Source of the DNA: a virus
Lineage: Duplodnaviria > Caudoviricetes
DNA: 55,322 bases
Strand: one strand, 5' to 3'
Virus record (IMG/VR): IMGVR_UViG_3300037584_004943
Span: 1-55,322 of that record
Each line of letters begins with the position of its first letter. The first letter of the stretch is position 1. Position numbers and translations under genes: made by a program. This document shows positions 55,270 through 55,322 of the stretch, piece after piece. Under the pieces are notes generated by a model, which ran no database searches, had not been told where the DNA came from, and saw nothing but the letters and a program-made list of their open reading frames with translations.

Positions 55270-55322
55270 AAGTGATACATCATTTCTTTAGTAAATGGTA
55301 ACTTATCATTATATAAATGTAA
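55266..55322 (-). CDS. C-terminal fragment of upstream gene, possibly thymidylate synthase
   Basis: ...LHLYNDKLPFTKEMMYHL*; LHLY resembles the ThyA HxY motif; only 18 aa visible. Confidence 0.3.
   Translation of the reverse strand, partial: LHLYNDKLPFTKEMMYHL

Noticed and set aside
1-55322. Stop-codon reassignment as in some crAss-like phages
   Set aside because: Genes are full length and tightly packed under the standard code; TAG and TGA both end genes at sensible boundaries
1-55322. Prophage/host junction or integrase
   Set aside because: No integrase, repressor cassette or host housekeeping block is visible; all modules share the same style of leaders and gene packing

Overview
A 55 kb, AT-rich segment of a tailed (podovirus-type) bacteriophage, almost certainly infecting Bacteroidota/Flavobacteriia. 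Host evidence: a type IX secretion CTD protein, A|Q-type signal peptides, an Hc1-like protein and SD-less AT-rich leaders. The gene set resembles crAss-related and marine flavobacterial phages (inference, no search run). Three blocks are visible. (1) 1-4040, minus strand: an early region of small ORFs driven by six copies of a 33-bp promoter-like motif. (2) 4254-51408, plus strand: a late/morphogenesis region with small basic MAFK-tagged proteins, GroEL/GroES, holin, terminase, portal, scaffold, capsid, tail proteins, a 2646-aa multidomain ejected protein, a cell-envelope module (OM beta-barrel, Trx-like, T9SS cargo) and a DUF5675-like lysin candidate. (3) 51523-55322, minus strand: nucleotide metabolism/replication genes (class II RNR, T7 endonuclease I-like, MazG-like). 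The most striking observation is that three early genes are each followed within 0-4 nt of the stop codon by a different structured RNA: a textbook type I hammerhead ribozyme (3580-3629), a tRNA-like acceptor+T-arm minihelix (2210-2252) and an unclassified three-way-junction RNA (198-286). The first two follow two paralogous genes. The giant virion protein also carries zincin, sigma-region-2-like and HAD domains separated by repeated (F/Y)SK linkers, which could explain the non-host-like early promoters.
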